Assembly (NCBI RefSeq): GCF_035084215.1
Contig: NC_090331.1
Location: forward strand, 63,798,001-63,862,000
Length of the DNA: 64,000 bases
Direction of reading: 5' to 3'
Source: Heptranchias perlo
Taxonomy: Eukaryota
Part shown: in pieces, positions 26,434-38,900 of the stretch
How the letters are laid out: every line of letters begins with the position of its first letter
Position numbering within the stretch: position 1 is the first letter of the stretch
Translations under genes and position numbers: made by a program
Notes under the pieces: generated by a model
The model's input: the letters and a program-made list of their open reading frames with translations, nothing else
Databases searched by the model: none
What the model was told of the DNA's origin: nothing

Positions 26434-26998
26434 GACACCGGGTGTGAGGGGGGGGGGGGAGGAGACGCCGGTGGTGGGGGGTGTGAGGGGGGGGGGAGGA
26501 GGAGACGCCGGTGGTGGGGGGGGGAGGAGGAGACGCCGGTGGTGGGGGGGGGAGGAGGAGACGCCGGTGGTGGGGGGGGGAGGAGGAGACGCCGGTGGTG
26601 GGGGGTGTGGGGGGGGGGGGGAGGAGACGCCGGGGGGGGAAGGAGACGCCGGGTGTGAGGGGGGGAGGAGACGCCGGTGGTGGGGGGTGTGAGGGGGGGG
26701 GGGAGGAGGAGACGCCGGTGGTGGGGGGTGTGAGGGGGGGGGAGGAGGAGACGCCGGTGGTGGGGGGTGTGAGGGGGGGGGGAGGAGACGCCGGGTGTGA
26801 GGGGAGGAGGAGACGCCGGTGGTGGGGGGTGTGAGGGGGGGGGGAGGAGGAGACGCCGGGTGTGAGGGGGGGAGGAGACGCCGGTGGTGGGGGGTGTGAG
26901 GGGGGGGGGGGAGGAGACGCTGGGGGGGAGGAGACGCCGGTGGTGGTGGGGGGTGTGAGGGGGGGGGGGGGGAGGAGACGCTGGGGGGGTGGGGGGGA
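26434..26998 (+). repeat. G-rich minisatellite, unit approximately GGAGGAGACGCCGGTGGTGGGGGGTGTGAG(G)n
   Basis: More than 15 copies of GGAGACGC separated by variable G-runs. Confidence 0.92.
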
Positions 26999-27469
26999 AG
27001 ATCCTGTCAGCTGCAGCCACCTGTTCGCAATGCAGCAAATTGAGGGCACGGGGTTGTGTATTTTATTTGAAAACATCCACCGGCGATGTTACCCTGGTTT
27101 CCAGCTGGCATTAGCATCACTATAATTAAATGTTCATTAAATCAGTGCATTGATTCCGCCTCCCTCGTCCATTCTAATATTGACGATAAGAGTCTGGTCA
27201 TCAAAGCTCCGCACTGGGAGGTTGTACAACCTGCGCAAGGTAACCACGGATGTTGAGGACCATATGACCCATCTTGGTTTCTCCTTTCAGGAAGACCTTG
27301 GAGCACCCCACCCCACTAACTGCACTATGCTATTGTTTCTTTATGATTCCAGGATTTTTGCCACTTACTCTACCTGGAGTTCCATTTCAAGTGCTGATCA
27401 GTCTTGGGTGAAGAATTTCCTGATATCAGTCCTAAATTTACCTTTTACTAGTTTGAACCTGTGCCCCCT

Positions 27470-28705
27470 TAATGACTTTGATGAAGGGACCAAGTGTCTT
27501 ATGCTAGAATCTATTAAGATGTACTAACAGGGCACTTAAAGTCACATGATTAGGCAGAGTTAACATGGTTTTATGTAAGGGAAATTGTCTTTGACAAATC
27601 TATTAAGAGTTTTTTGAGGATGTAACTAGCAGGGTAGATAAAGGGGAACCAGTGGATGTTGTCTATTTGGATTTTCAAAAGGCATTTGATAATGTGCTGC
27701 ATAAGAGGTTGTTACACAAGATTAGGGGGTAATATATTAGCATGGACAGAGGATTGTTTTCTGTCCGTTAACCAGAGTAGGAATAAACGAGTCATTTTGT
27801 GGTTGGCACGGTGAGACTAGAGGGGTGCGGCAGGGATTGGTGCTTAGGCGTCAGCTATTTACGATCTCTATATTAATGACTTAGATGAAGGACCGAGTGT
27901 AATGTACCCAAGTTTGCTGGTGATACAAAGCTAGGTGGGAAAGTAAGCTGTGAGGAGGATGCAGAGTCTGCAAAGGGATAGCAACAGGTTAAGTGAGTGG
28001 GCAAGATGGAGTTTAATGTGAGGTTATTCACTTGGTAAGAAAAATGGAATATTTTCTAAATGGTGAGAAACTATTAAATGTTAGTGTTCAGAGGGATTTG
28101 GGTGTCCTTGTACACGAAACACAGAAAGTTAACATGCAGGTACAGGGCTTTGGTGAGACCTCACCTGGAGTACTGTGTACAGTTTTGATCTCCTTATCTA
28201 AGGAAGGATCTACTTGCCTTAGAGGCAGTGCAACAAAGGTTCACTAGATTGATTCCTGGGATGAAAGGGTTGTCCTATGAGGAGAGATTGAGTAGAATGG
28301 GCCTATACTCTTGAGTTCAGAAGAATGAGAGGTGATCTCATTGAAACATATAAGATTCTGAGGGGGCTTGACAGGGTAGCTGCTGAGAGGCTGTTTCCCT
28401 TGGCTGGAGAGTCTAGAACTAGGGGGCATAGTCTCAGGATAAGGGGTCAGCCATTTAGGACTGAAAGAGAGAAGGAATTTCTTCACTGAGGGTTGTGACT
28501 CTTTTGAATTCTCTACCCGAGAGAGCTGTAGATGCTCAGTTGTTGAGTATGCTCAAGACTGCGATCAATAGATTTTTAGACTCTAAGGGAATCAAGGGAT
28601 ATGGGGATCGGGCAGGAAAGTGGATTTGAGGTCGAAGACAAGCCATGATCTTATTGAATGGCGGAGCAGACTCAAGGAGCCGTATGCCAACTGCTATTTC
28701 TTATT
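27470..28705 (+). mobile_element. CR1 LINE 3' fragment (second subfamily)
   Basis: Decayed RT (QRDLGVLVH) and CR1-type 3' UTR. Confidence 0.8.
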
Positions 28706-29160
28706 ACTTTAAATTGAGTAGGACATATTTTGGATTTAACTTTTCCATTCCCTTAACTATCTTGCATTCCTCTCACACATGTCCTTTCTCTACTGAAAAG
28801 CCCAAGTTTCTCCCACCTTTCCTCATAACTCAGACCTTTGACACTAGCGATCAGTTTTGTGACTCTTCTCTGCATTGTCTCTAGTACTTGGATGTCTCCC
28901 ATGTATCTCAGCAACCAGAACTGAACACAGTACTCGCGGTGCGATCTGACCAGAACCACTGTACAGTTTGGTCAGCACTTCCTCTGCCTATTCTACTATT
29001 TTGGCTATGTAGTTCAACATTCTATTGGCTTTGTTGATTACTGCTCTGCATCGGCTGGGCATGTTGAGCATGAAGTCTAATAGGACTATTGAAGTGACTC
29101 TACTTGATCCTTAGTTATATCAACACCATTTGTGAAGTACGTGTAAACCATTTTTCCCTC
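28705..29160 (-). mobile_element. Old CR1 fragment
   Basis: LVRSHREYCVQFW...LSYEERWEKLGLFS. Confidence 0.7.
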
Positions 29161-29850
29161 TTGTGTGCAGTGTAAGCATAAGGGATGAAAATCCTGTGGG
29201 CTTTGTTAATTAGGAACAGTTCATTATAATATCAATCACTGAGTTACTTGTGTATGTTTCTTTCTCTGGCCCCTTGCCAGCACATTATACAATCTGCTCA
29301 TAAGTGTTAGTGCTAAAGAACATACAGCTATACTGTGAAATATATTATGATTTCACTGAATATATGAGATATTGATGGTAGCGTGCTGCTTGGTTTGAAA
29401 TACAAGCACTAACAGCCCAACTGGAAATAATTAATGCTAATACTGGGTAGCAAAATGGGAAAATGTTCCATTCCTCAGCATTAAAATCCCTCGCCATGAT
29501 GGACACAATTTAATAAAATGAAAAAAAATCATAAGAATAAAGGCAAGTAGAAATTTTACACAGAGCAGATATACTTTCAAGTAAAACAGAACCAACTATA
29601 AATTGGAGCACCTGCTACCTAAGGGCTAAGATCTTTAGTGCAATTGGTGTACATTCCAATTGGATTCATGACTCAAAGGCGTGCATGTTTTTGGCTACTT
29701 TGTAAATCTAATTGAGAATGGAAGCTATAACTATTGGAAAGGTTATAGCTCTTTTGACTTTGATTTAACTGATGCTTAATTGTCTTTCTATTCTCTTTAG
29801 CTTCTGACTGTCACTGTAACAAATCTCCCAATTCTGATGTCGAAGGTACG

Positions 29851-30924
29851 ATGGAGCCACAGTGCAAAAAGAGAAAAACTGGAGCAATCGACACTTTCAC
29901 ATGGGAGCTGATGCCTGTACTTTCAGATGAGAAGTCATGTGAAGTTGAACTTCTAGAAGCATACGCGGCCCCTATTATCAATAAAAAACAAACCTCTTGT
30001 CTTGTTAAACAACTGGCTGATGTCTACCCACTGAACAATCTCCCACATATCAAGAGAGTACGAGCCTGCAGGGATAAGAACAGTGATCATCCTTTAGAAA
30101 TCATCATTTGCCTATTTAGGGATTTGAATGGCCCAGATGTACCAAATAGAGGAGTGTCCCTTAGTGATCTCTTTCCTGATGGAAAGGCTAATGGCATTGG
30201 ACTTGGAGAACCTTTCCAGGTCAAGATACCAGCATACCAACCGTTGACCAGACCTCAGTTTGAAGCAGCTAGCCAGCACTGGCCAACATCATTCCATGAA
30301 AACAAGCAAGTGACTGAAGCCCTCCGAGGCCAGCTTTTTAGCACTGAAGAGAAAGCAAAGATGCAGACTTTTATGGAAAAAGCTATCAAAGCAGCAAAAG
30401 TAGGAAAGGAAATGGGAATGGAACCAGTAGGTGCAGTGATTGTTAACCCAGCCACTGACGAGGTTATCGCAGTAGGTCACGACTGCAGAAATGGACCAAA
30501 TCCATTGCTCCATGCAGTTATGGTGTGTATTGATCTAGTTGCCTACAGGCAAGGTGGTGGTGCTTTTAATCATAACAAATATCCGAACTGTCATTTTAGG
30601 TCTGTAGAATCTTTTTCAAGTGACCGTACAATCGACATTGGTAAACCTTTGCTTCCTTTAGAGGATCATAGCTCCATAGGAGCTACTGCAAATGGGTTGC
30701 CTTACATATGCACTGAGTATGATCTGTATGTTTCCAGAGAACCATGTGTAATGTGTGCTATGGCACTGGTCCATTCCAGAATACGCACAGTTTTTTATGC
30801 AACATTCTCTCCTGATGGAGCATTGGGCACTAAATATAAAATACATACAAAGAAGGATCTTAATCATCATTATGATGTTTTTAAAGGACTGATGGAAAAG
30901 GAATGTCAACTTCTTTCATCTTAA
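29851..30924 (+). CDS. ADAT3: ADAT3, non-catalytic subunit of tRNA adenosine-34 deaminase; single coding exon, 357 aa
   Basis: LPHIKRV, HWPTSFH, PLLHAVMVCID (HAV replaces catalytic HAE), YICTEYDLY..EPCVMCAMALVHSRI, LNHHYDVF; polypyrimidine + TAG acceptor ending 29800. Confidence 0.95.
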   Translation: MEPQCKKRKTGAIDTFTWELMPVLSDEKSCEVELLEAYAAPIINKKQTSCLVKQLADVYPLNNLPHIKRVRACRDKNSDHPLEIIICLFRDLNGPDVPNRGVSLSDLFPDGKANGIGLGEPFQVKIPAYQPLTRPQFEAASQHWPTSFHENKQVTEALRGQLFSTEEKAKMQTFMEKAIKAAKVGKEMGMEPVGAVIVNPATDEVIAVGHDCRNGPNPLLHAVMVCIDLVAYRQGGGAFNHNKYPNCHFRSVESFSSDRTIDIGKPLLPLEDHSSIGATANGLPYICTEYDLYVSREPCVMCAMALVHSRIRTVFYATFSPDGALGTKYKIHTKKDLNHHYDVFKGLMEKECQLLSS

Positions 30925-31299
30925 CATTGAGCAGTGGTTTCATTTTGCTTGTTTAAGGAAATGGAAGAAAATATATTTTTAGTACAAATGTTTTTAAATG
31001 TATTTTTATTAATACTGTTTAATCTTGAATGGACTCTTATTTCCAAAAAAATTATTTTGAATAGTTGTAACACCATGATATTTTATTACTTATTAAATAA
31101 TATACATTAATACAGATCTTAGTATTAATGTAGAAAACTCATGACATATACAGAAACAAAAATAGAGTAAAGCTTGTAATTTTTTAAGTGATGCATCATT
31201 GAATGCAATAGGTCTGGATAGGCAACACAACATTGTGTATATATTGGAACAGGAATGAGCCTCAGGTCAGGAATTGATTTAACAAAAAAAATTGTTTGG

Positions 31300-31960
31300 A
31301 TCATCAACAGCTTATATTTGAATAGCTTTCCTCTCAGTGAAATGCCTCAAGTGCATTACAAGGCAATGATTGGACACATGAGTGGAGGGAGAAAGGGAAG
31401 AAAAGAGATTTGGAGGGAGTGAAAACATAGTCAAATAGATGGGTTGTTGAGAGGCTTTTGAAAGTAGAGAGGGAACCGGCCAGGTGAGATGAGGAGGGAG
31501 AGTATTCCAGGGAATGAGAATATAATGGCTGACGGAGCAGCCGTCAATAGTGGAGCGGGGAACAGGAAGTAGACTGTTGTCAGAGGGTGTGCAAAGGAAC
31601 GTTTGAGAGGTAAGAAAAGACGAGACTATGGAGCGATTTGAAGGTGCGAATCTTAGTCAATTCTATGGGGAGCTATTGAGCATGGAAAGGTTGGGGATGT
31701 GGGCCTTAGTTCAGGTGAGAATGTGGCAAAGATGCTCTGGATGAGTTGCAGTTTATGCCAGGTAGAAATGGGGAACCCAGCAAGGAGGACAGTGTTGGAG
31801 AAATCCAGCCTTGTGTAACAGGCATGGGTTAGGTTTTCTACTGTAGAGGGGGAGAAGTCGGTCAGAGGCGAGCAATATTTAGGAGGTGAAAAAAGCAGTC
31901 TTTTGTAATGGATCAGAGAGGAAGCTGAAATTTTGGCCAAGCACTACAACCAAGGTTTTG
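31300..31960 (-). mobile_element. L2-like LINE 3' fragment
   Basis: ENLTHA..TRLDFSNTVLLAG..KLQLIQ, typical L2 C-terminal motifs. Confidence 0.6.
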
Positions 31961-33224
31961 CACTTGAGATCACTTACGCACACACACATACTGGACTTTA
32001 AGTGGAAAACAGTATCGCAATAGCTAAATAGCTTGGTATCCTGTCAAAGATGAAAAACCAGCCCAGTACTAGAAGTGGTTGACCCTTGAGTTCTGAGGGT
32101 GCTCATCACTCAAAAACATCCCTTCTACAGGTGAGTTTCTTTTAGTTAACTATGCCGCAAGAGGGAGAGAGATCTGCTTGGAAATTAGGTCATTTGTCTG
32201 CGAATGGATTTTAGGGAAAGTTAGCACACTCAAACTGGGCTATAAGATGCAAATTTTTTTTAAAAACTTGCAAATCTTTGAATTGTTGGAGATGATTGCA
32301 TTATAGCTGCAACACATTTTGAATAAAAAGTGTACCACAGCCAGAGGGTAAGTTGCCAATATCTGACATAGAAGGATGGAGGCCCAAGACCACCACCCTA
32401 TCCATACCTTAATATAAACTTTGACAATACCTACAGCAGTTTAGGAAGCGAAGAAAGTAGTGTTAGTTAAAGCAAAGGAATTTCTCTGCATTACTGGCTG
32501 AGGATCTGGGAGACACGAACTGAGGTGCTACAGTGCTGCTACTGGTGCGATGGTGTAATTATAGCACAAGAAGTTTACATAGGTGATCTCCATTATAAAA
32601 GTGGACATAGAAACTTGTACAGATTTATGATTTTTAACATAGATCATTTTAAAGTTGTGTTGCCCTCAAATAAAACTGTCATGGTGGGTGCAGATGGTTT
32701 CTGGTTCAAATCACCTGTGAGCTTAGTTGCCAAGTTTAATCAAATTACAGGTTCTTTAAAAGACAACTAATTCCAATTCCATTACACAAATTGAGTTGTG
32801 TTTTTCGATCGTTGTCACACATCAAAAACAAATGGACTACAAGGGCAAATGGAAGACTTAATATTAAGTGATTAATACTTTGATTGCCTGACTTGAGAAG
32901 AAATTGTTGTTTGAAGGAATAGATGCTTTATAACCTTTAGCCTTCTATGTTACTTAGCCTTGATGAGTAAGAATAGGAACTACAGGAGTAATCTCCCACT
33001 ATCACCAGAGACTGTTACTAAGAACTTACTCTTGACTTGTGTATTTGAACAGTTCGTATATAGTGTAAGTTTGGTTGTTGAGTTCTATTACTACTTTGCT
33101 CTGATAGTTTTTCCTTTCCACCTTCTGAAATCATGGGAGTGTGACCGAAGCAGAGCTCCGTCCTGCTTTTTTGATATTAGTTGTTTTAATAACTTTAGTT
33201 AGTTTTGAACTAACTAGTGTTGAG

Positions 33225-34315
33225 ATGGAATAAAAACGGAAAATGCTGGAAATAGATGGCAAATCAGACTGTGGGGAAAGAAACCTAGTTAACGTTTCAG
33301 GTCGATGATCTTTCGTCAGAACTGGAAGAAGTTAAAGATTTAACAACAGTTTTTAAGCAAGTACAGAGCCAGCAAAAAAGGGAGAGGAGGACAGAACAAA
33401 AGGGAAGGTCTGAGAGGATGGAGGGCAGGAGTGATTAAATGACAACAGGGGTGATGGTGCAGGGCAAGGAGGCTGGTAAGACAAGTAAAGAAACAAGAGA
33501 TGGGCAATGGGGAACTGTAAATGTTACCAGCAGCGACTGTCTGGAAAAAATGGGAGCAATGGTTATGATCTGAAGTTATTGAAATCAATGATGAGTCCAG
33601 AAGTTTGTGAAGTACCTAATCGAAAGATGAGCTGCTGTTCCTCGAGCTTCTGTTGAGCTTCCTTGGAACAGTGTAGGAGGCTAAGGACAGAGGTTAGAGT
33701 GGGAGTGGGACGGAGAATTATAATGGCAAGCAACCAGAAGGTCAGGGCTATGCTTGCAGACTGAGCCGAGGTGTTCAGCAAAGTGATCACCCAGTCTGAG
33801 TTTGGTCTCCCCAATGTGGAGGAGACAACATCCTGAGCAGCAAATACAGTATACTAAATTGAAAGAAGTACAAGCAAATCGCTATTTCACCTGGAAAGTG
33901 ATTGGGGCCTTGGATGGTGGGAAGGGAGGAGGTGAAAGGGCAGGTGTAGCATCCCCTGCGCGTGGGAAGGAGAGCAGACGTGGGTGATAGAAGTGTGGAC
34001 CAGGGTATTGGGGAGGGAACGGTCCCTCCGGGTGCTTGGAGGGGAGGGAAAGATGGTAGTGGCATTGTGCTGGAGATGGCGGAGGATGATACGTTGAATG
34101 TGGAGGATGGTGGGGTGGAAGGTGAGGACAAGGGGCCCCTATCGTGGTTCTGGGAGGGAGGGGAAGAGGTGAGGGCAGAAGTGCGGGAAATGGAATGGAC
34201 ACGGTCGAGGGGCCCTGTCAACCACAGTGGAGGGAAATCCTCAGTTGAGGAAAAAGGAAGACACATCGGAAGCACTGGTGTGGAAGGTGACATCATCAGA
34301 ACAGTTGCGACAAGG
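33225..34315 (-). mobile_element. Penelope-like element family 2, decayed RT C-terminus, GIY-YIG and hammerhead
   Basis: RGCYTCPFT, QQKLEEQQLIFRLGTSQTSGLIIDFNNFRS; - strand CAGTT-CTGACGA-AAGATCATCGACCT-GAAA-CGTT-AACT at about 33287-33324. Confidence 0.8.
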
Positions 34316-34749
34316 TAGTGTTAAAATGGAAACTGTCACGCCCTGTTAGCTACAAAATGGAGGACCAGTACTAGGGGACTGCAGGACACAAACCTTTTAT
34401 ATCTGATGCAATTTTACCTTGTCACAGAATTACTGGATATGCAAAACCTGGACAAGGTATGACTTTGTCATGGTGCCCCATAGTGTCTTGATTGATAGCT
34501 CTTAGTTCTATTCAATAGGCTTTCATTATATTTTCAGTCCTCTTGTGTCAACTGTTTTCCATGGCAGTGGTGAGATGGGATTCCATGGAGTGAACTAACA
34601 CCCATTATGATCTTCAAAGGCGCACTTAAAAGATTCTGGAAAGAACACTAAGATTTTGAACACATTGTTATTTGTGTGACAGTGTGTAAAATAGTATGCA
34701 AGTCAGGCATTTGTATTGCTGAGTTGTCATCAACTCCTGTTGGCATAAT

Positions 34750-35200
34750 TCCTAGGCTGCTGAAGGAAGTCGAGTGAAGGTAGCAGAGGCTTGGAGTAAA
34801 AATTCAGACCTCACTAGATATGCAAATTGTGCTGGGGGATCTGGAGTATAGTCAATGTAAGCTCTATTCAAGAAGGGAGAAAAGGATAAACCAGGTAACT
34901 CTAGACCAACTAGTCTAACCTCAATTTTGGCCAAACGTTTAGAATCTGTAATGAGATCAGGTTAGTGTGTTCTTAAAAATGCATAGGATAATCAAACAGC
35001 CAGCATAGATATTAAGGGCGAGTCATGTTTGACTTTTTAAAAGCAGTGGCTGATTCTATAGATAAGGGATATGCAGTAGATGTGGTGTTTATGGATTTTC
35101 AGGAAACATTTGATAAGTTGTCTCATGAGGCTTGTTACAAAAGTTCAGGTACAGGGTATAAGAGCAAATGTAGCAGGATGGATCAGAAGATGGTTGACAG
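34750..35200 (+). mobile_element. Old CR1 RT fragment
   Basis: KGEKDKPGN.RP.SLT and VDVVFMDFQETFDKL. Confidence 0.65.
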
Positions 35201-35212
35201 TTGGGAAATAGT

Positions 35213-35935
35213 TAACCACCTCGCCTTGACAGCATTACCATCGGCAAATCCCCCATCAACAACATCCTGGGGGTCACCATTGACCAGAAACTTAACTGGA
35301 CCAGCCACAAATACTGTGGCTACAAGAGCAGATCAGAGGCTGGGTATTCTGTGGCGAGTGACTCACCTCCTGACTCCCCAAAGCCTTTCCACCAACAGTC
35401 AGGAGTGTGATGGAATACTCTCTACTTGCCTAGATGAGTATAGCTCCAACAACACTCGAGAAGCTCGACACCATCCAGGACAAAGCAGCCCGCTTGACTG
35501 ACACCCCATCCACCACCCTAAATATTCACTTCCCTTCACCACCGGCGTACCTTGGCAGCAGTGTGTACCATCCACAGGATGCACTGCAGCAACTCGTTAA
35601 GGCTTCTTTGACAGTACCTCCCAAACCCATAACCTGTACCACCTTTTTTTTATTCGTTCATGAGATGTGGGTGTTGCTGGCAAGGCTGGCATTTATTGCC
35701 CATCCCTAATTGCCCTTGAGAAGGTGGTGGTGAGCCACCTTCTTGAACTGCTGCAGTCCGTGTGGTGAAGGTTCTCCCACAGTGCTGTTAGGAAGGGAGT
35801 TCCAGGATTTTGACCCAGTGACTATGAAGGAACGGCGATATATTTCCAAGTCGGGATGGTGTGTGACTTGGAGGGGAACGTGCAGGTGGTGGTGTTCCCA
35901 TGTGCTTGCTGCTCTTGTCCTTTTGGTGGTAGATC
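35213..35935. mobile_element. Same LINE family, rearranged copy (5' part +, 3' part inverted)
   Basis: 35213-35642 matches about 11896-12345 forward; 35643-35933 matches about 12338-12628 in reverse. Confidence 0.75.
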
Positions 35936-38900
35936 TGGGTAAATGGAGTTGAAGTATAGATCAGCTATGATCCAATTGAATGCTGGATCAGGCTTGATGA
36001 ACTGAATAGCATACTCCTGTTACTATGGTCCTTACATTGGAAGTGGTGTAGCCAGGCATCAGTTGTGGGTGCACTTTTGACCTTATATATGTGATTTGGA
36101 CTTGAATAGGGAACATAGAATCTGTTAATGATACAAATGTAGGGAGTTGGGCAAACAGCAAGGAGGATTGTAAATTTGATCAGTATGTTAGCAAAATGGG
36201 CACAAGTAGATGCAATTTAATGGAGATGGTAATGGTATGTCCTGCCTTCCAGAATGAATAGAAATGCAGTAGGCAGCCTGTGCAATCTTCAGTGTGAAAT
36301 GTCATGGTCTAAGGCTAATTATGTGACACTCTGGCCTCATACCTAAGAGTAAGTTTTAGATCATAGGCAATGCAGGGCTGCCTATGGAAACTGCCCTTTG
36401 GTGCAACCATGGGAGAGCACCCAAATTGTAACCACCTAATCTGTGTCTTTTTAAAATGTTTAAGCTGATGGTACTGGGAAGTAGAATACTTTTGTCACTC
36501 CATGTTAGCACCAAGCACTCCCACATCAAATACAGCAGTCGCATTCAAAGTTACTCTTACTCTGTCCTAACAATGTGTCTCAGTCACATCAAACGTCCTT
36601 GGAGCCTCTGGGTAAATTGGTGCAAAGTTCTTTAAACAATACCATAATGTGTTAGGCACCTACAAGGACTGGGTTAGCTCAAGAGGGTAGAGGGGCCTCT
36701 GCAAGAGCCATCACCGTACTGTGGTATCAAACATTGAAGTAGTGGACTGTTATTCTAGGTTGTCTGGGTGTGCATCCTTTGGAAAATTCAAAAAAAAGTT
36801 TCCACACAAAAGGAGTCCAAACTGGTGCATTTATTTGTTGATAACACAACCTAACAAGTATGGGGATACCCAATTGATCTGAGGAGGTCTAGGTTGGGCT
36901 TACCACTGTTCCTGTTTTGAAATTGAGAAGTACTTGTTACTCTCAGTCTTATCCATATTCATTGCCTGGGCTGAAATTTCTATTTTATATGAATTTGAGC
37001 AATAGAATAGTATAAAGTAATGATTCATTAACCAAAATTCCTGGACCTCCTTCCATGTTACTCAGTCCCTAGTGTTTTGTTATGCCAGCAATCTCTGGCC
37101 TCTCTGTGCTTTTCCTATTGTGATTTCCAGCTAACCCATGTTTCAAGATGTCAGTGTCCAAATTAATCTTAGTCTTATGTACACCACAGTATTTGGCTTC
37201 TCTGAATACACCCCACTATGACAATCCAGGGTGCTCCATTTACAGATCAGATCCAGATGGGCACATTTAAAAAAAACTGGTTGATCTATGATACTCACTT
37301 TTTTTTTCTCTCCCTTTATTTCTTTCCTTATATCAGAACTATGGAAGGATACCTTAATATAACTTGTTCCAGTGTGAAATGCTCAAATAATCCCCAATTC
37401 CTGGAATTCATTACACTTATTTTTGGTCAGAACAAAATTTAAATTTTGCCACTCTGCACTCTTAGGATCTATTCTTGTTTAACCTCTCAGCACATATCAG
37501 CAGACATGATAATGCAGTACTTACATGTGAACTGAACCATAGCTAAAGTTGCTTAATTTTAGAAATACAAGAATTGCAAATGACAAACAAAATTTAGATC
37601 TTCAGTGTGCAGTAGGGAAGCTAAGTACCATTGAGTGTGCACGTTGGAAACTGGAAAAACATGAAATTATTTTCCATTTCTGCAATTTAAAATATTAAAT
37701 GTATTACTGTACACAGTTCAGGATTCCATTGCATTAAAGGCCTTTGCTTTTTTTTTGGTGTTTGACCTACACCAACTTGGATTTCCAACTTGGGAGAAAA
37801 AAAAAGCAATTTCCTATGAAAATAAAAACTGGCCCATATTTATTTTATACCTGGAAATGGTTAGTGTAATTTTGTACAGTAAAATGTTACTCAGCTAGAG
37901 TATTCTTGGAGACAATGTACGCTGTAATAACAAATCTTAAATATAAAATCATGTGTTTCCAAATTAAGAGCTTAGCAGATAAATGTTCACCATATTTACA
38001 GGGGCAGATATATATATTTTTTAAAACACATTTCTTCTCTGCCCCTTCCTATTTTCACAGTTGTTACAAAATAGCATCACCATATAGCCAACTGCTCTAC
38101 TGCCATCTGAATTTAATAAGATCACTTTTCTGCATGTGAACAAAATCAGACAGTGAGGAATGGCAAAAAGGTAGGAATGGAAACAGCACCCTGAATAAAT
38201 TAGTAAGAAAAGCAACACCAAATACAAAATAAATTTTATGGAATGAAATACAATGGATTACAGCACAAGATACATTTATATCTCCATTATTTTAGCATTT
38301 AACAATTATTCCAGTTCTTATTGCTTCAACTTTATATGGAGGCATTCAACCATTCAAAATACAGCATTAATTCTTAAATGTCAATCAGCACAGTTTAAAA
38401 AAGATATGGGCCACAATACTGTAAGGTCAAAACTTTTATTGTTTATGAAGAATTCACTTTTCCCCCCAAAGTTGTTTTAATTGCATAGAAGGAACATACA
38501 GATGTTTTACATTTTTGGAAATACCTACTAGCAGGAAGCTCAATTGTCTCAAGCTTTTTAAAAATTGATTTTACCAATAAATAGCTCTACTCAAACCTGT
38601 TTCAGAAATCAACAGTTCAAATAAAATTAGACCAGATGTGTGGTCTTGGGTAATGCTTGCAATTTTTTTGTAAGCACTTACCACAATACAGAATGTTGAA
38701 CCAACCTCAATTACCATTTGTGCTACTGCTAACCTGCAAAGACACACTGGGGGATTTAGATGTGTCGGCAAGCACAAGTCGATGCAATTTGAGTTACTTT
38801 TACTATTCCTCACAGCAACTCCAAGAGTTATGAAAAAAACATTACATGGCTGAGAAGGGGAACAGACAACCTACTGCCAGTACTCTCAGTGTCACTATTA

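Noticed and set aside
26240-27125. Long Pro-rich and Gly-rich ORFs (up to 278 aa) on both strands
   Set aside because: Translations of the G-rich minisatellite, which lacks stop codons; no domain or splice support.
29851-30924. ADAT3 as a processed pseudogene or dead enzyme
   Set aside because: ORF is intact, has an upstream splice acceptor and no poly(A)/TSD scar; HAV instead of HAE and a single coding exon are normal for vertebrate ADAT3.
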